This document shows positions 1-14,409 of a stretch of 64,000 nt of DNA, in pieces. Each line of letters opens with the position of its first letter. Positions within the stretch are counted from its first letter, which is position 1. The position numbers and the translations under genes were made by a program. The stretch comes from Lama guanicoe (Eukaryota): positions 2,508,943 to 2,572,942 of the forward strand of contig MU053216.1 of assembly GCA_013239625.1 (NCBI GenBank), written 5' to 3'. A model generated the notes under the pieces. The model saw only the letters and a list, made by a program, of their open reading frames with translations, ran no database searches and was not told the origin of the DNA.

Positions 1-852
1 TTTGAAGAGACTGTTTTTCCCTCCCAGTATTCTTGGCTCCCTTCACAGATATTAGCTGACTTTAAATGCTCGGGTTTATTTCTGGGCACTTGATTCTGCT
101 TCATTGGGTTATGTGTCTGTTTTTGTGCCAGTACCATACTGTTTTGATGACTGTAGCTTTACAAGGTCGCTTAAATCAGGAAGTGTGGTATCTCCCACTT
201 TGTTCTTTCTCATGATGGCTTGGACTGTTTGGGGTCTTTTGTGGTTCAGATACATTTTATGATCATTGTTTCTACTTCCATAAACAGTGCCACGGGAACT
301 TTTATAGGGATGGCTTTGGGTACTATAGACATTTTGACAATATTCTCATAATCCATGAGCACTGAGTATTTTCACATGTGTGTGTCTCCCTCAGTTTTTT
401 GCACCAGGTTTTGCAGATATCAGTGTAGGATTCTTTTACCTCCTTGGTTAAATTTAGTCCTAAGTATTTTATTCTTTTTGATGCTATTGTAAATGAAATT
501 ATTTTCTTTATTTCTATTGCAGATAATTAATTGTTGGTGTACAGAAACACTATTGATATTTGCATGTTAATTTTGTTTCCTGCAACTTTTCTGAATTAGT
601 TGATTAGCTCTAACAGCTTTTTGGTAGAGTTATGAGGATTTTCTGTATACAATATTATGTCATCAGCAAACAGAGACCATTTTACTTCTTCCTTTCCATT
701 TTTTTCTTTTTCTTGCCTGATTGCTCTGGCTAGGACTCCCAGCATTGCGTTGAAAAAGAGTGGTGAGAGTGGGCACCCTTGTCTTGTTTCTGATCTTAGA
801 GGAAAAGCTTTCAACCTTGTACCACTGAGTATGACATTAACTGTGGGCTTGG
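1..852 (-). mobile_element. LINE-1 ORF2 fragment (RT domain to C-terminal region), degenerate, runs off window start
   Basis: Minus ORF 596-946 contains [21 protein letters not shown]...[11 protein letters not shown]...[14 protein letters not shown], i.e. the L1 RT motifs QGCPLSP and FADD. Neighbouring frames are interrupted. Confidence 0.95.
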
Positions 853-3800
853 ATGAATAAGGAGGTCTATACCACCAGTTTATCATAAATTTGTGTAATT
901 TAGTAAACCAGAGGTGATTTATTCTTTTAGAAGTAGAATTCTCCAAATAAACTAATAATGTATAATTTAAAATTAGTTTGAAAATAATCTCAACTTAACA
1001 ACTTGAAGAGTGTACTTATGATACACATGGGTACTTAGACTTATGTTGGTACTTACGTTGATTTGGGGAACTTAAAATTTTTTCTAGAAAAGTTAAGCAC
1101 TGGTGTAATGTACATTGTGTGGTACGTGCCTGTAGACATCACGTTGGTCACTGGCCTGAACATCACGTGTAAACATGTCATAACTGTATCATATGCAGTA
1201 AATGTAACTGCTGTAAGGGTGAGATATTGGGACCAAGAGGGGTACTTCTCTCTGGTATTGGTCACAAACATTGTTTTCTGACAAGTGAAAGTAGATGAAA
1301 CATTTCTAAAGCCATCAAGGGCTCGTTAGGAATCATTCACCTATAATGTGTGAAAAAATAGCCCGTTCTGGTTTGAAATTTTGTTTTAACTTTAAAGATA
1401 GGAAATGTCTGATACATTCGCAAAGAACTACACATAGATTAGAAAAGAGAAATACTTGGAAGATACTCTAAAATCAACAAGTGTTAGTTTAAAGGTAAGA
1501 TAAGTATACGGAGGCAATACCTCCCTTTTCTTCAACAATTTTTTAAGTTATGGCAGTACATGATTTGTGAATTTCCTCTTTTCACACTCTGGTTCATCTT
1601 TTCATGCCGTTGACTTCTGCTCACCCTTAGCACTTGTTTTATATATCCTTGCTATATTTAAACATCACCAGAAATTACACAGGGTTTAACATTTTGAATA
1701 GAAGAAAATTGAGTTCAAATTTTACTTTTATTGGACAGCACTTCCAGAAATTATTTTATTAAGTATTTAATAATTATTGGTTGTAAATAAATGACCTTTT
1801 CACAAGATAAAATCATTCTGCCAGAAAAAATGATTTGTTTGAAACAGTGCACTTTTATTTTAGGTAATAATGTCTCTAATACTCTCGAGTAAATTGTCAA
1901 TGAAAGTAATTCCCAGTCGCTGCAGCGATGGTTGCAGAACGGCTTACCACCACGCGCACTTCATAACAGCACATGTGACATGGTTTATAATAGATCTGCA
2001 CTACCTTCTTCAAACGTTTTGTTGTTGTTTGGAATCTGGATAAAAGGCTAACATTCCATTTGATATATTATTGAAGTTCAGTGTGGACTTCTAAGGTTAA
2101 AATACTGTCTATCGAAAAGGAGTTTCACCTTCTTTGAGCTGCTCCAGTGAGGACAGTGAGTATGAACGGGCTTTGGGAAAGGCTTTAAAAGTGTGACCTT
2201 TCTTCCTCCCTCTTGAGGTTTTCCAGGGGCAAAGAAAGGAGAAGGCAAAATACAGAAGGTCATGCATGACAAGCAACTGTAAACCTGTGAGAGGGGGTCT
2301 TTGGTGCCCGAGATGATGGAACTGGGTAAAGACAAAAGGACGCAGGGGCGGAGGGGGGGCTTCTTTCAGCGACACAGCCCTCCCGTTCACATCTGAGCAA
2401 GTGTGCTTGTGAGAACGAGGAGCCGATCAATATTTCCATGTTCAATATTCAGTTCAGGGTCAGGAAAAAAGGCTCTCGTTTCTGGAGTATTAGTCACAGA
2501 CGTTAGCAGAGTCAGTTTTGTTACTTGAACAAAGTTTTATAGAGGAATTGTGCCTATGGGGTTTATAATCTTGTAGCGCCGAAATTTTATTAGTGTGGGT
2601 TGTGTACAGCCAGTTCCCTTTCCCTTTTTACTTGATTTCAGTAATTTGTTGTTGTTTTCTGGGAAAGCAGTGAGCCAGTAACAAAACAGGATCCATATAA
2701 CATCATGGAACCCTTGAGAAGCTCACAAGCTTCGAATGAACCCTCAACGACAGCCGTAGGAAAGTGAAAATGATACGGTCGTAATTAGTAATGTTGTGCT
2801 GTGAGCAGAAGCAGTTCAAGCGATCTGCGCCCTCCACTCAAGGAAATGAACCTACGTGGGGCACTTCACGGAGAACAGGTCCGAGCAGGTCTCTCCCCGG
2901 AGCAAGTGACCACTAGGAAAACGCAGCTGCGCAGCTCAGCATGTGGCTAGAAAATTTTGAAATTTTCAACCTAAAACTTACCATTCTCAGGATTTCAAGG
3001 ATTCATAAAATAAAGGGAATGTAGCCAAGTGGAAAAAGGACAGATGCATAATTCATGAAGCAGTCCTTTCTGACATACCCTGCTGCTTTTGGCTCCTAAA
3101 AATAGATCAGTTAAGGGCAACATGTAATAATTTCCTACAGAAAAGTGGTAAAGATAGATTTTATTTGAAAGTGTTCTGAATTTTTGCAGTATGAGCAATA
3201 GAGGAATCTTCAGCCTATTTTAAGGGAAGACACAGGGTATTATGCACAGTATGTTTGAAATAACTTGTTTTCTTCCCTGTGGCCTTATTAGCATCGAGCT
3301 GGAAGGCCCTGCGTCACTGCGCTCTCTGCAGATTACCGGGGGGTTGGGGGGGGGGAGTGCCCTTCCTAACAGATTTAAAATGCACGTTAGAGGGAGGCGC
3401 TTTTTTTTTTTTCCCCCAGACAGCATATCTGACGTGGGCGCTTCAACTGGGGGCAAAGACATTCACCATCAATTTGAAATCCAGAGAACGTAGTGACACA
3501 TCCAATAACATAAGTCATTTCAGAATAACACAGAATTTAAAACTTGACCTGCAGAAATAAGTCCATTATGTATTCTGTCTCCTGATACATTTTTTCCATT
3601 GCTAAATGTGTAAAGTATGACAATACAGAAGTATTAAATCTGTATTGAAACGATTTCCTTGCTAAAACATTACGTTGACACTTGCTTAGGCCTGTTTTCT
3701 TTATACCAGCTAGGTTCCTTGCACTGCATGAACCTGAAAATATGTCGTATTTGAAATTTTACCATCGTTTTGAGGTTAAGCGTTATGAAATATCTCACCC

Positions 3801-4618
3801 AAATTATACTTGCATCTACAAATAATTGCATTAATGTAACTGAATTTGGGGAGGTTACTGATTTTTAAAAATATGAAATGAATATACAATTAGAATCATT
3901 AAATTTACTTAAACTTTTTAAAAACAGTGCCCAGTAAAAATCTTCGATGTCATTAGTCTTATAAAACATTTTAATTTATACTATAAATAAGCACTATCTT
4001 ATTAATTTTCATCTATCTCCCAAGAAATGCCATCTCTACAAAAACATCCAAACCAAACATCTCAGCCTGTAGACTCTGGTAGTCCACCTGTCAGTTTCGA
4101 TTATTTTCAGTAATTCAGTTATTTCACTGACCTACTTTTTCAATGAGTACTAACCTTTCTAGGCAAAAATCAAAGGTTTATTTTTTTTCTTAATGGTAGA
4201 TGTGTTTCTAGCCTGGGATTATTAATAATTTAGTTAACAGATTTATAAAGCTAACTTTTACTTCTGGAATGTTTTTATATATTCATAATAAAATAATGAA
4301 TTATCTCTATTTCTCTGTTATTGAGACACATTGTTCATACCTTATATGTGTTTTGTAAGTTATTTGTATGCACTCTATACCTCTGAAAAGAAAAAAATAA
4401 GATTGAGTATATAAGTCAAAATATCTTCAAAGTATATAAAATCCTGAATTAATTTAAGGTATGACTGGGACTTTCTAAGGATAGATAACCAAATTAAAAT
4501 TGGTTCTTACGAACACAGTTTTCAGTCTTGAGAATTATGGAGTTTGGTTTTTAATCTGTTTTCGTATGATCTGATGACTTCACTGAACTTACTTGTACAA
4601 AGTGCATTTCATCTGTTT

Positions 4619-4620
<2 letters not shown>

Positions 4621-4664
<44 letters not shown>

Positions 4665-4686
4665 ACACACACACACACCCACACAC
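4621..4686. repeat. Compound (CT)n/(CA)n microsatellite
   Basis: Directly visible tctctc...cacacaca run. Confidence 0.95.
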
Positions 4687-4859
4687 CCATTTGCGTTTGT
4701 CCTATTCGAGTGGCAACGATGTGACACTCTGGGCTTACATGGGGTTCCCCTACCACTCGTGTTGCTAACTTGGAACCTGCCAGTGGCAAATGACTCCTGT
4801 AACATTGCTCTGAAATACTTTTGACAATTTCGGAGTCCCAGTTAACCGCTGAGAAAATC

Positions 4860-4990
4860 AAGATGCACGTCCCCCGCGTCACAGCGGCAGCGCCGGCCTG
4901 CACGCTGAGCGGCCGTGTTCACACGCGCTGCGCGCGCGCTGGACGCACACTCGGCGGTCGCAGCCGGCACGGCACCGCGGAAAACAGCTA
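4860..4990. promoter_or_regulatory. Short CpG-rich patch, possible regulatory element
   Basis: Dense CpGs (cacgcgctgcgcgcgcgctggacgc...) in an AT-rich background. Function is not shown by the sequence. Confidence 0.3.
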
Positions 4991-6436
4991 CGGGTTAATT
5001 CACATCTGCAGTCCCACGTCTGTGTTCTCAGAGCTTGACTTTCGGCAAGTTTTACAGGAGCTCTTGTGACCTCACCTCGTGCTCATGCGGCTTCCAGTCT
5101 CATGAGAGCCGAGCTGGCTGCTGCCCTGTGTGCACCCCGGGCTGCACGGCGTTAAAACGGGGTGGCAGGCCAGTGAGGGCACAGCCCGGCGGACAGCCCG
5201 CTCACCCTGTCGCTGGTCCTCACCCTCCCGTAATGGTGATGTTTGCACCGCAGGTTAGGACTTGCTTCTGTGAAAGGCAACCCTGGAACCAGACACGAAG
5301 CCGCTGGCCCAGGATGACAGGGCTCTTAACACGAGAGGATGGAACACGGACCAGCCAACCCCAATGTGTCTGTTGGAATCAGATTCAAAGAGGAGAGCTA
5401 ATCTGAGCAATGGATACGGAAGGGGAAGTACATCCGCTGTGAGGGCGATCGCGAAATGATTTACAAGCTTGAAACTGTTGCTATTCATGAGAGAGAGACA
5501 GTATCTTGCGGTTTCACAATAAAAATAGAAGAATTATCTCTCCTAATTTATGCCTTTTTCGCTCCCCTCGTTTGTAAGCCCCCTCCCCTGAAAGTCTTCT
5601 GTGAATAGCTGTCTCCAGTAATAGACAAATGCTTTCACGTTAATTTTTCACAGAGGGATTATTTAAAGAGCAGTTTCTCGACGTTGTAGAACGGATTTGT
5701 CATTTAGTTGGGTCCTTAGGTAATATTTAATTAGATTTAGCAACATGAATTAGGTGCAGCTAGACTCAGTTCACCTGATTTGGACTTAAAATAAAATTCT
5801 GCAATTCAATTTGTGTAGGGAAAAAGAAAATCTCATATAAACCAACTTTAAAACTAACCACAATAATGGTCCTCAGTTTGGGGAACTGGAAGACTAAGGC
5901 AGCTCACCCTTAATAATCACGGAAATTTGTTATGTTGAAGCTGTAGGAAGGAATCCTCTAGTGAGGAGTCCACCAAAGTAAAACAAACAAAAATAGACTT
6001 TGGATTTACTTTTTTCACAAAGTAAGCTTTGTTCATATTGCTGATGAATATTCTAGGCAGGACTTTTGCTGCTAAAGGAACAGAATCTAAGCTTTATCCT
6101 TTACCCTATAGTAGGCGATACATGCTGTCAGAAAATATCAATAATTTCCTCCATTACCTTTTTATTTTCCAAAAGGCTTTCCCTGCGTGGTCATGAATTA
6201 CTATGACTTTAATAGAATTAAGAATTTTTGTAAGCTCAGCTGTGCAGGATAAGATGGGCAAATGCCAACCAAGCTGACCTTAAACTAAGATTTTCAATCT
6301 TGGTGTGTTTAAATTATTCTCTAAACTCAATTTCTGTTACAGCAAGTGAAATTTTGTTCACTAATTATTTATGAATATTAATTTTTAAAAATTGAATTAA
6401 ACAAAATTTTCTAGGTTATTTGGTTTTACATGTATT

Positions 6437-6529
6437 TTTATAACTATTTTTTAATGGAGATACTGGGGGTCAAACCCAGGACCTTGTGCGTGTTAAGCAC
6501 GCACTCTGTCACTGAGCTGTACCCTCCCC
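6437..6529 (-). mobile_element. tRNA-Ala-derived SINE (camelid vic-1 type)
   Basis: Reverse complement GGGGAGGGTACAGCTCAGTGACAGAGTGCGTGCTTAACACGCACAAGGTCCTGGGTTTGACCCCCAGTATCTCCA plus A-rich tail. 16-bp TSD tggtttta(c/t)atgtatt at 6421-6436 and 6534-6549. Confidence 0.9.
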
Positions 6530-7219
6530 ACTCTGGTTTTATATGTATTAATTTTAACCTGACCAAATCCAGAGTATATCTAGCCAGAAGGATTACCTCA
6601 TTTCTGTAATAAAATCCTGGTTAAGTATGTAGTTTGTGAAAATGCAGATTTACTTTTTAAAGTTAATAAAACCTATCTCAGAATTATTTGTTATCCACAA
6701 AGTGAGATATATAACATACTAAGTTTAGATGTTAATTCTTACATTTGTTAAAGTTTATCTTGTTCTAAATTGTAAAATAATTGTATATCTAAGACCAGCT
6801 ATGTTATCTTTCATTGTGATAACAAATATCATCTCTGAATTATGGATGGTTTTTTAAAAAAGACTGTATAGGAGAATGATGTGGAGTGAACTAAATGGGT
6901 CACTTGTGATTTTTAAGATGTCCACATAATATGACAGCCTGTCGAGTTATGAGGGATGTTTTTATGTAATTACTATGAACTATATTCTAATTAAATCCAC
7001 TTAATCTTCAGGAATTTTTGGTTTAATCAGAGTAATACATACGTTCAGTTTAAAAGAGTCAAATCATGCTGAAAGGCTCATAGTGAAAATAGTTGCCCCT
7101 ATTCTTCTGAGCCTTAATCACTCCAGTTCCCACATATAACTGCTTTCTTTGGGATCTTTATTCTATGATCATCTCCATATTTACAAAAACATTGATTTCT
7201 GTTTCTTTTTTTCAGTAAA

Positions 7220-7372
7220 TATATATTCTTTATTTAAGTATAGTATGCACAATACTATATGTAATATATAGTATTATATAGTTTAAATTATATATAATAT
7301 TGGTATAATATATATTTATATATTATTGTATGTTATATAGTGAAATTATATAATATATAATAATAATAATAC
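7220..7372. repeat. AT-rich low-complexity tract
   Basis: Degenerate (TA)n/(TAA)n sequence. Confidence 0.8.
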
Positions 7373-7399
7373 ACTAGTAGTTCCAGGAGCTGCTTTGTA

Positions 7400-8540
7400 C
7401 ATTCCTTTGGATTTTCTACATAGATGGTCATGTTACCTGAGAGCAAATATAGTTTTCTTTCTTTTAATCTATATAACTTTTATTTCTTTTTTTTTTTTTT
7501 GTCTTAGTTAAGTCTTCCAGTGTGCAAATAAAAAGGAGTGGGGAAGGGCACATCCTTGCCTCTTTCCTGATCTTAGTGGGAAAGCTTCAAGTTTCTCACC
7601 ACTAAGCATGACATTAGCTGTAGGTTTTTTGGAGGTATTTCTTATTCACTTGAGGAAGTTTCCTCTACTCCTAGTTTACTGCAAGTTTTTATTATGCATG
7701 AATGTTGGATTCTGTCAGATGCTTTTTCTGCATCTATTAATATTAATATGATCATTGTGATTTTTCTTTTTCAGCCTGCTGATATAATGGATTATATTCA
7801 TTGATTTTTGAAAGTTGAAACCGTCCCCATACCTGGAGTAATTCCACTTAGTTTTGGTTTATAATTACTCTCATGCACTGATTTGCCAATATTTTGTTGA
7901 GGATTGGGGTTTACAGTTTTCTTTTGTCATGTCTTCATCTAGTTTTGGGATTCGGGTAATTATGGCCTCACAGGGTGAGTTGGGAAGTATTCCCTCTGTT
8001 TCTATCATCTGAAAGAGATTGTAGAGAGTTGGTATAATTCCTTTCTCAAGTGTGTGGTGGAATTCACCAGTAAACCCATCTGGGCCTGGCACTTTCTGCT
8101 TTGTAAGGTAATTGATTATTGATCCAATTTATTTAGTAGCTACAGACCTCGTCACACTGTCTGTTTCTTCTTGTGGGAGTTCTGGCAGATTCTTCTTTTA
8201 AGCAGTTGGTCCATTTCACCTATCTTACCAAATTTGTGGGCACAGAGCTGTTGCAAGTATTTTTTTCTTACCCTTTTAAAGGCCCTGGGATCCATAGTGA
8301 TGTCTCCTCCTTCATTTCTGATAGTAGTCATTTGTGACCTCTCTCTTCTCTTAGTTATCTCAGTCAGAGGTTTATTGGTTTTATTGATCTTTTCAAAGAA
8401 CCAGCTTTGGGTTTCATTGATTTTCTTTATTGATTTCCAATGTTCAATTTTATTGATTTCTACTCTGTTTTCTTCTGTTTACTTTGGATTTAACTTGTTC
8501 TTCTTTGTCTAGTTTCTTAATGTAGACAGTTAGATTACTG
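7400..8540 (-). mobile_element. LINE-1 ORF2 fragment (EN-RT linker, Z domain, start of RT), degenerate
   Basis: Minus ORF 7871-8092 PGPDGFTGEF...IPTLYNLFQMIETEGILPNS..EAIIT.IPK matches the L1 ORF2 Z-domain motif. Confidence 0.93.
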
Positions 8541-8589
8541 AGCCTCTAAAACAAGAAAAAAACATGAGATAAATTTTTACTAAATGATT

Positions 8590-8960
8590 TAGCCTGGGTC
8601 TCCCAAACGAGTGGAGCCTGAGCCAAGAGCTTGTGTGCAGGTAATTTATTTGGGGGCATGATTTGAGGAACAAGACCGAAATGCTAGAGACAGGGGCGAG
8701 CGTGGGGATCATTCAGGAGGCTGCTGTCAGAGTCGGCGTCTGAGTCATTCAGCACCTGCCCAACTGTGCCCAGTCTTAATGGAGACTTTCTGAGCAGCCC
8801 AGCAGACGATGCCCAGGGCTGTCAGTCGAAAGGGACGGGAGGGTTACCTGGTGTCCCTGGTGCTGTGATGACCCGGGTCTATTTCCTGCCTCTTGTTTCC
8901 AGGTCTCCTTGGTGTCAGGATCCCCGTCTGCACAGCTGGATCCCACAGCATCTGCTGGAG
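8590..8960. mobile_element. MaLR (MLT1-type) LTR relic
   Basis: gggtctccc...gagcctgagccaagagcttgtgtgcaggtaatttatttggggg resembles the terminus of old MLT1 LTRs (recalled consensus). Right boundary uncertain. Confidence 0.6.
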
Positions 8961-10419
8961 TGAGGAACTGCGCCAAGATCATGTAAGTGTGGACAGACAC
9001 CTGTCCGATAGATGAAGTGTATGGATGGAGTGAATTAAGAGCAACAGTTCTGTTGCATTTTCTATTCAACATGATTGTTCTGTACCTTTAAAATGTTAGT
9101 CTCCAAACCTAGGTGTTTATGCCTTTTTTGCCAAGCCTTCATTGTTCATTTTCATAATAACTAATTTCTGAACATAGGCTCCGTTGGATAATGGAAGAGG
9201 TTAAGTGTAAGATGGTGTATTCATATGTAAACCACAAGAGAGGCAGCATTTAAAGAAGTTACTATGTATCTGCTTGGGGAAGGTGAGAAAAGAACACAGC
9301 TCTTTTCTTTAGAGTGCAGACACTGTCTTCTATCTCTTATAAGCAAACACTATGTTTTATTTATCCTAGTATACTCTTATCTTAGCATAGAACCACTTCC
9401 CAGTGTGTTTATTTGAAAGTATAGATAATATACACATATTTACTAATCTATATCAATACCCACAATCAGTTAGAAATATAGTACAAAATAAATATTACAG
9501 TGCAGAAAAGGACTGCATAATACCACAATACTTTTAAATCTATGAAGGTCGGTTTTCTACAAAAGGAAAATAACTTAATCCACCATTGGTTCATCACAGA
9601 AATTAACATTACAATCTCTGTTTTCCTGATTTGTCATTTACTTTTAATACAAATAATGAGCAACTAAAAGAAGAAATATTTAATTTTAACAACAGTGTTC
9701 AAATTTAGAAAATATCTCCTTTATGAGCTAAAATTTTCACTTAGAAGCAAATATATTACACCAGGAAATTCACATTCTGCTTCACTGTTTCAGATTCTTA
9801 ACACAAGTAAAATTCCAAATGTTCACGTAAAGTGACAGATTGAATTAGCTCAGCTCATCTCTTGGTCTCTCACTTTGCTCTCATTTTTTATTTCAAAGCT
9901 CTTGTTGAGTCACAGGAGTATGTACAGTATTGAAGGGGCCGGGGGTATGATCTCAGCCCAATGCAAGCTCGGACGATTCTGAATCAAAACAAACCTACTC
10001 CTCTAATGAACACGCGTAGCTGATTCTGGGCGCAGATAACTGGGAATTGCATGACTCTGTGTGGCATTAACTTCCATGTAGAATCTGCTGTTTGCTGACA
10101 GATGCATAATTAGAAATGCTCACATGACGCTTACATGGGTATTATTAAAACTCAGAGTAATCATGGTGGTTATTTAGAACTCAGATCATGAAAAGGGATT
10201 CCCCCTGACCCCAGGAGGAGTATTTTATCACAGACATTGGTTAGAAGTGTGAATATCTGGTGATAATAAAAAGCAGACTAAATTTAGCTAGTTTTATTAT
10301 TATTTTAAATTCTCTACAAATAATGTAACCCCTAAATTCAGGGGCAGTCGCTTCCACCACCCTAACTTTGATACACCACTAATGGTTACTGCTGCTTGTT
10401 TCTTCTTTTTTTACATCAA

Positions 10420-11105
10420 AGACATCTCTGTCTGCCACCGAATTGAAGATTTTCTTCTATGTTTCTTCCAGAAGCCTTATAGCTTTTACTGTTAAAGTTA
10501 GATCTATGATCCATTTCAAACTAATTCTTCGTGTGTTGTAAGGTAGCAAAGTCCACTTCTTTCCATGTGAACGTTCAGTTGTTTCAGCATTGTTTGTTAA
10601 AAAGGACGCGACGTTTAGCACTGCGTATGTTGGAACCTCTGTCAACCAAGTGGGTCCATTTAAGAACTCTGTTGATCAATATTATCTTCTCATTGATTTA
10701 TATGATTTTTTTTCCGACTTCATTCTGTTACTTTGGTGAATTTTATTCAACTTTCAAATACTGAGCAAATCTAATATCCCTGGATAAATTCTACTTGGTC
10801 TTTTTTTGTTTGTTTCTGGACTGATTTTGCTAATATTTGGTGGAGGATTTTGGCAAAGTCTCTGCTCTCAATGGCTATTAGTCTGTACTTTTCTTTCCTT
10901 ATAATACGTTTCTCGTGTTTCCCTGTCAGGACTCTGCTCTTAGTTTCCTTCTTCTCCAGCTTCTGGAAGCATTCATGTGCATCTCGTTTTATTCCCCTTC
11001 TAAGTGCTGGTAGGACTCACCAGCGAAATGGCCTGGGCCTGGCGTCGCGCTCGTGGGGAGGCTTGGTGATGAACTGTAATCCTCTGTGGGACAGAGAGCT
11101 CGTTG
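10420..11105 (-). mobile_element. Old L1 ORF2 fragments
   Basis: Antisense L1 signature (tttcttccagaagccttatagctttt...atctatgatccatttc). ORF 10457-10645 ends ISLKWIIDLTLTVKAIRLLEE, an L1 ORF2 C-terminal motif. Confidence 0.75.
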
Positions 11106-11117
11106 GGTTTTCTAAGA

Positions 11118-11304
11118 TTTTTTTTTAACTTTATTACATTTTTTATTTGTTTGGGTTTTTTGGGAGGGTGGTGGTTAGGCCTTCTTTCTTTCTCTCTTTC
11201 TCTCTGTCTCTCTGTCTTTCTTATTTAATGGAGGGGCTGGGATTGAACCCAGGACCTCATACATGCTGATGGCACACTCTGCCGCTGAGCTATACCCTTC
11301 CCCC
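11118..11304 (-). mobile_element. tRNA-Ala-derived SINE (vic-1 type) with long 3' tail
   Basis: Reverse complement GGGGAAGGGTATAGCTCAGCGGCAGAG...AGCAT...GGTCCTGGGTTCAATCCCAG has pol III A and B boxes, followed by a simple-repeat tail. Confidence 0.88.
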
Positions 11305-14021
11305 ATCCTTGTTTTTTTTTTTCCTTTCTTTCTTCTTGCTTTTATGTTGGTAAGTCATGTTTTTCAAAGAACGTCCACCCAGGCTTATGAGGCCCTTCCT
11401 CTGTGTGGCTCCCAACCCTGTTGTGCAGATTCTGTTCACTTCAGGGGCTCCGTTCTCTGATTTCTGCTTCTGTCCTCTCCGCGAGACCACCTTATTTCTC
11501 TTGGACTCCAGCTTGCTGTGTGATCACTGAGATGTCCTCAGACAGAGGACCACAAAGTTTTCCTTCTTACTAGAACATCCATCTCGTTCCACCTGTTGTC
11601 TGGTGCCTGGAAGAGTAGCTCCCTAAGCACTTTTCCAAGGTCTTCAGCTGCTCACGGGGAGAGGCTCAGTGTCGCAGTTACCCCTGAAGCCCTTACTGCC
11701 AGTATTACAAGCACGGCAATATTCTCACTGGTATTCAAGATGCCAATCATCCCATCCGTCCCCTTTTCCAAGAGGTTGCCGTCACCATTTCGATCTTATC
11801 TCAAAGGGTTTTTATTTCTTATCAAATAAATCATAAATCCCCTGTGTTGTGTTAAAGCATCTCTGAAGTGTGTTTTCAATAGCCCTTTACATACAGCCTG
11901 ACCTCCAGTGTCTAGCACACACTGAAGCCCCAGCCAGCCGTGTCTGTGACTTTCTGAGCCACCCATCTTTCCTCGTTGTTACCTTCACTGGTACCACATC
12001 CTAAACTCCTCTTCCTTCCTTCTTTCTTACTGTTAAAAACTTCGTCAGTTTTTCAAAACCCAATGAGTGCCCCGCTTCCCCAGGGCACCGCTGAACATAC
12101 AGTGACGTGTCGCCACGGAACTTGTGCTGGGTTTGTCTTCTGTTTATTAATACCCCTTTGCTGCTCATTAACTCACCAGAGGGCCATGTTTATCTTCCAC
12201 GAATATGTTAAAAGCTCACTGAGGATGAAGTTAACGCGTTTCACTTTTCTAGCTCAGAAACACCTGCTGTGTTAGTTGAGGGAATGCGTGCTCATGGAGA
12301 AGACACACCCTGCAGCCTCAGAGGCTTCACCTAATTTAGGCTTATTTCTGATGTACAAGCACCTCAAGCAGGGATTCTAATTACGTAGGCAGCTCTCCTC
12401 CAAGTGGCAGACCAGGGGCCCAGTCACCTTTCACGTGTGGCTCTCCCATATTCAACCCCTTTCCAAGATCACTGTGTCAGACAAGATCAAGGTGGGAGGG
12501 GTTCTCCTGTGCATCACGGTGTGCAGCCCGTGGCCAAGAGCTAGTCGCGTGGGCACAGCCAACTGCGAGGAGGTGGGGGGTGGAATCCAGGACAGCCGGG
12601 CTTCCAGGGCTCTGCATCTCCATGGGCCCCAGCTCCGTCTTAGTGCCCTGTCTGTCACGTGTCGTCAAGGGACCTGCATGGCTTACCTGCTGGCTCAGGA
12701 CTCCCAAAGCACATGTCCTGAGGCAGCGCCGAGAGATTTTTGAATTAGGAAAAGGCTTCAGAGCAGAGATCAAAACCATGATGTGGCTATGAGATCTTTT
12801 GTTAAGAAATATTTAAATTAAGGTTGTGTCTCTGTATAATATTAACATGCAAGACATGTGAACTGTGTATCTTTTTCCTAATCTCGGCAGCATCCGATAC
12901 AATGTCTCAGATATAGTAGTTACTAAAAGATCGTTCCTTTCCAAATGGCGTTATCCAGTTGCTGTCAATCAGAGCATGTCAATCGTTGGCTTCCATATTT
13001 ACACTACTAAGGAGAGGGGACAGAGACGAAGAAATAAATCAACCAGCTATTAGTCACAGTAAATGATCCTCCTGTTCCCATTATCACTCATCAAGCACAA
13101 ACTAATACGAAGCCACTGGGCAAGTGGCCAGATGCCCACTTAACAGGCTTGTCCACTGACTTCTGAGAATCAGTTCAATACTCAAGAAAACACAGAAGAC
13201 TAAAGATGATGCAGTGACGAAACATGCAAGTAACTCCATGAGTAATTATAATAATGATGATTTTATTTGGAAAAGACAAAATAATAGCATGAGGTATTTT
13301 AATAGAAAAACATCCAATGGGCATCTCAGGTTTCTGTCTTGATAATTATATTGATATATGAGGAAACATGAATAGTTAATAAGGACAAATAACATTTAGC
13401 TGTACTAGTAAGTACTTAAGCAACTCATAGATTATTTAGAATGAGGAGTTAAAATTAATTCTGGGGGAGTAAAATATTACAGTGTGAAGAATTCAGAAAA
13501 AAAAGGTACTTAGCCATACATATTAGGCTGGAAAGAAAAACCATATGTAAACCATGCTCTCAGGGAACACATGGCGAAGCAGGAGTAGAGATGTGTTTTG
13601 GGAGCAAGCTCATGTTTACCAAGTACCATTTTTTCACTTCATTCTATCACCTATGAGACTAGATGCTTATTTTCAGGATGGAGAGTAACGGTCATAAGTC
13701 TCTGTATTTCAAGTGCCTTGGAAAATGGGTTGTGTGCCCTTAGTATCTGTGAATAACGAGTGAAGGAGTGAGTTAATGAATGAGTATGTGAGTGAATGCT
13801 CAGAAAAAATGCCAAAGAAACATCCATGAGAAATTGCAATACTTAAAGGACAAACATAATACTACAATTAACTGAAAGAAATGTAAAGAAGAGTTGAAAA
13901 TATTAGATAGGATACAGGAGAGGGTAATCAAGGAGAGGGCAACGTGAGAGGGAGGGGAGGGTAAGAGACCCCACGTGCAATCAGTCAGTCAGATACATCG
14001 ACTTACCACCTTGTTCTTGAT

Positions 14022-14360
14022 CAAGGTATTGAGTAGAGTTCCCTGTGCTCTGCAGTAGGACCTTGTTGTTTATCTGTTTTATATACAGTAATGTGTGTCT
14101 GCAGGTCCCGGACTCCCAATTATGCTTCTACCTTCCTTCCGTTCCCATCTGGTAACTGTAAGTTTGTTTCCCATGTTTGTGAGTCTGTTCCTGTTTTGTA
14201 AATAAGTTTATTTGTATCATATTTTAGTTTCCACATATAAATGATATCATATTTGTCTTTCTCTCTCTGGCTTACTTCACTTAGAATGATGACTTCCAAG
14301 TCCACCCACATTGCTGCAAATGGTATGATTTCATTCTTTTTTATGGCCACGTAGTATTCC

Positions 14361-14409
<49 letters not shown>

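Noticed and set aside
1398..1494. Plus-strand coding exon ending AAG/gtaaga
   Set aside because: Stops in all three frames and a weak acceptor.
6450..6529. Functional tRNA-Ala genes (also at 11.3 and 37.4 kb)
   Set aside because: Mutated stems, A-rich tails and TSDs indicate SINE copies.
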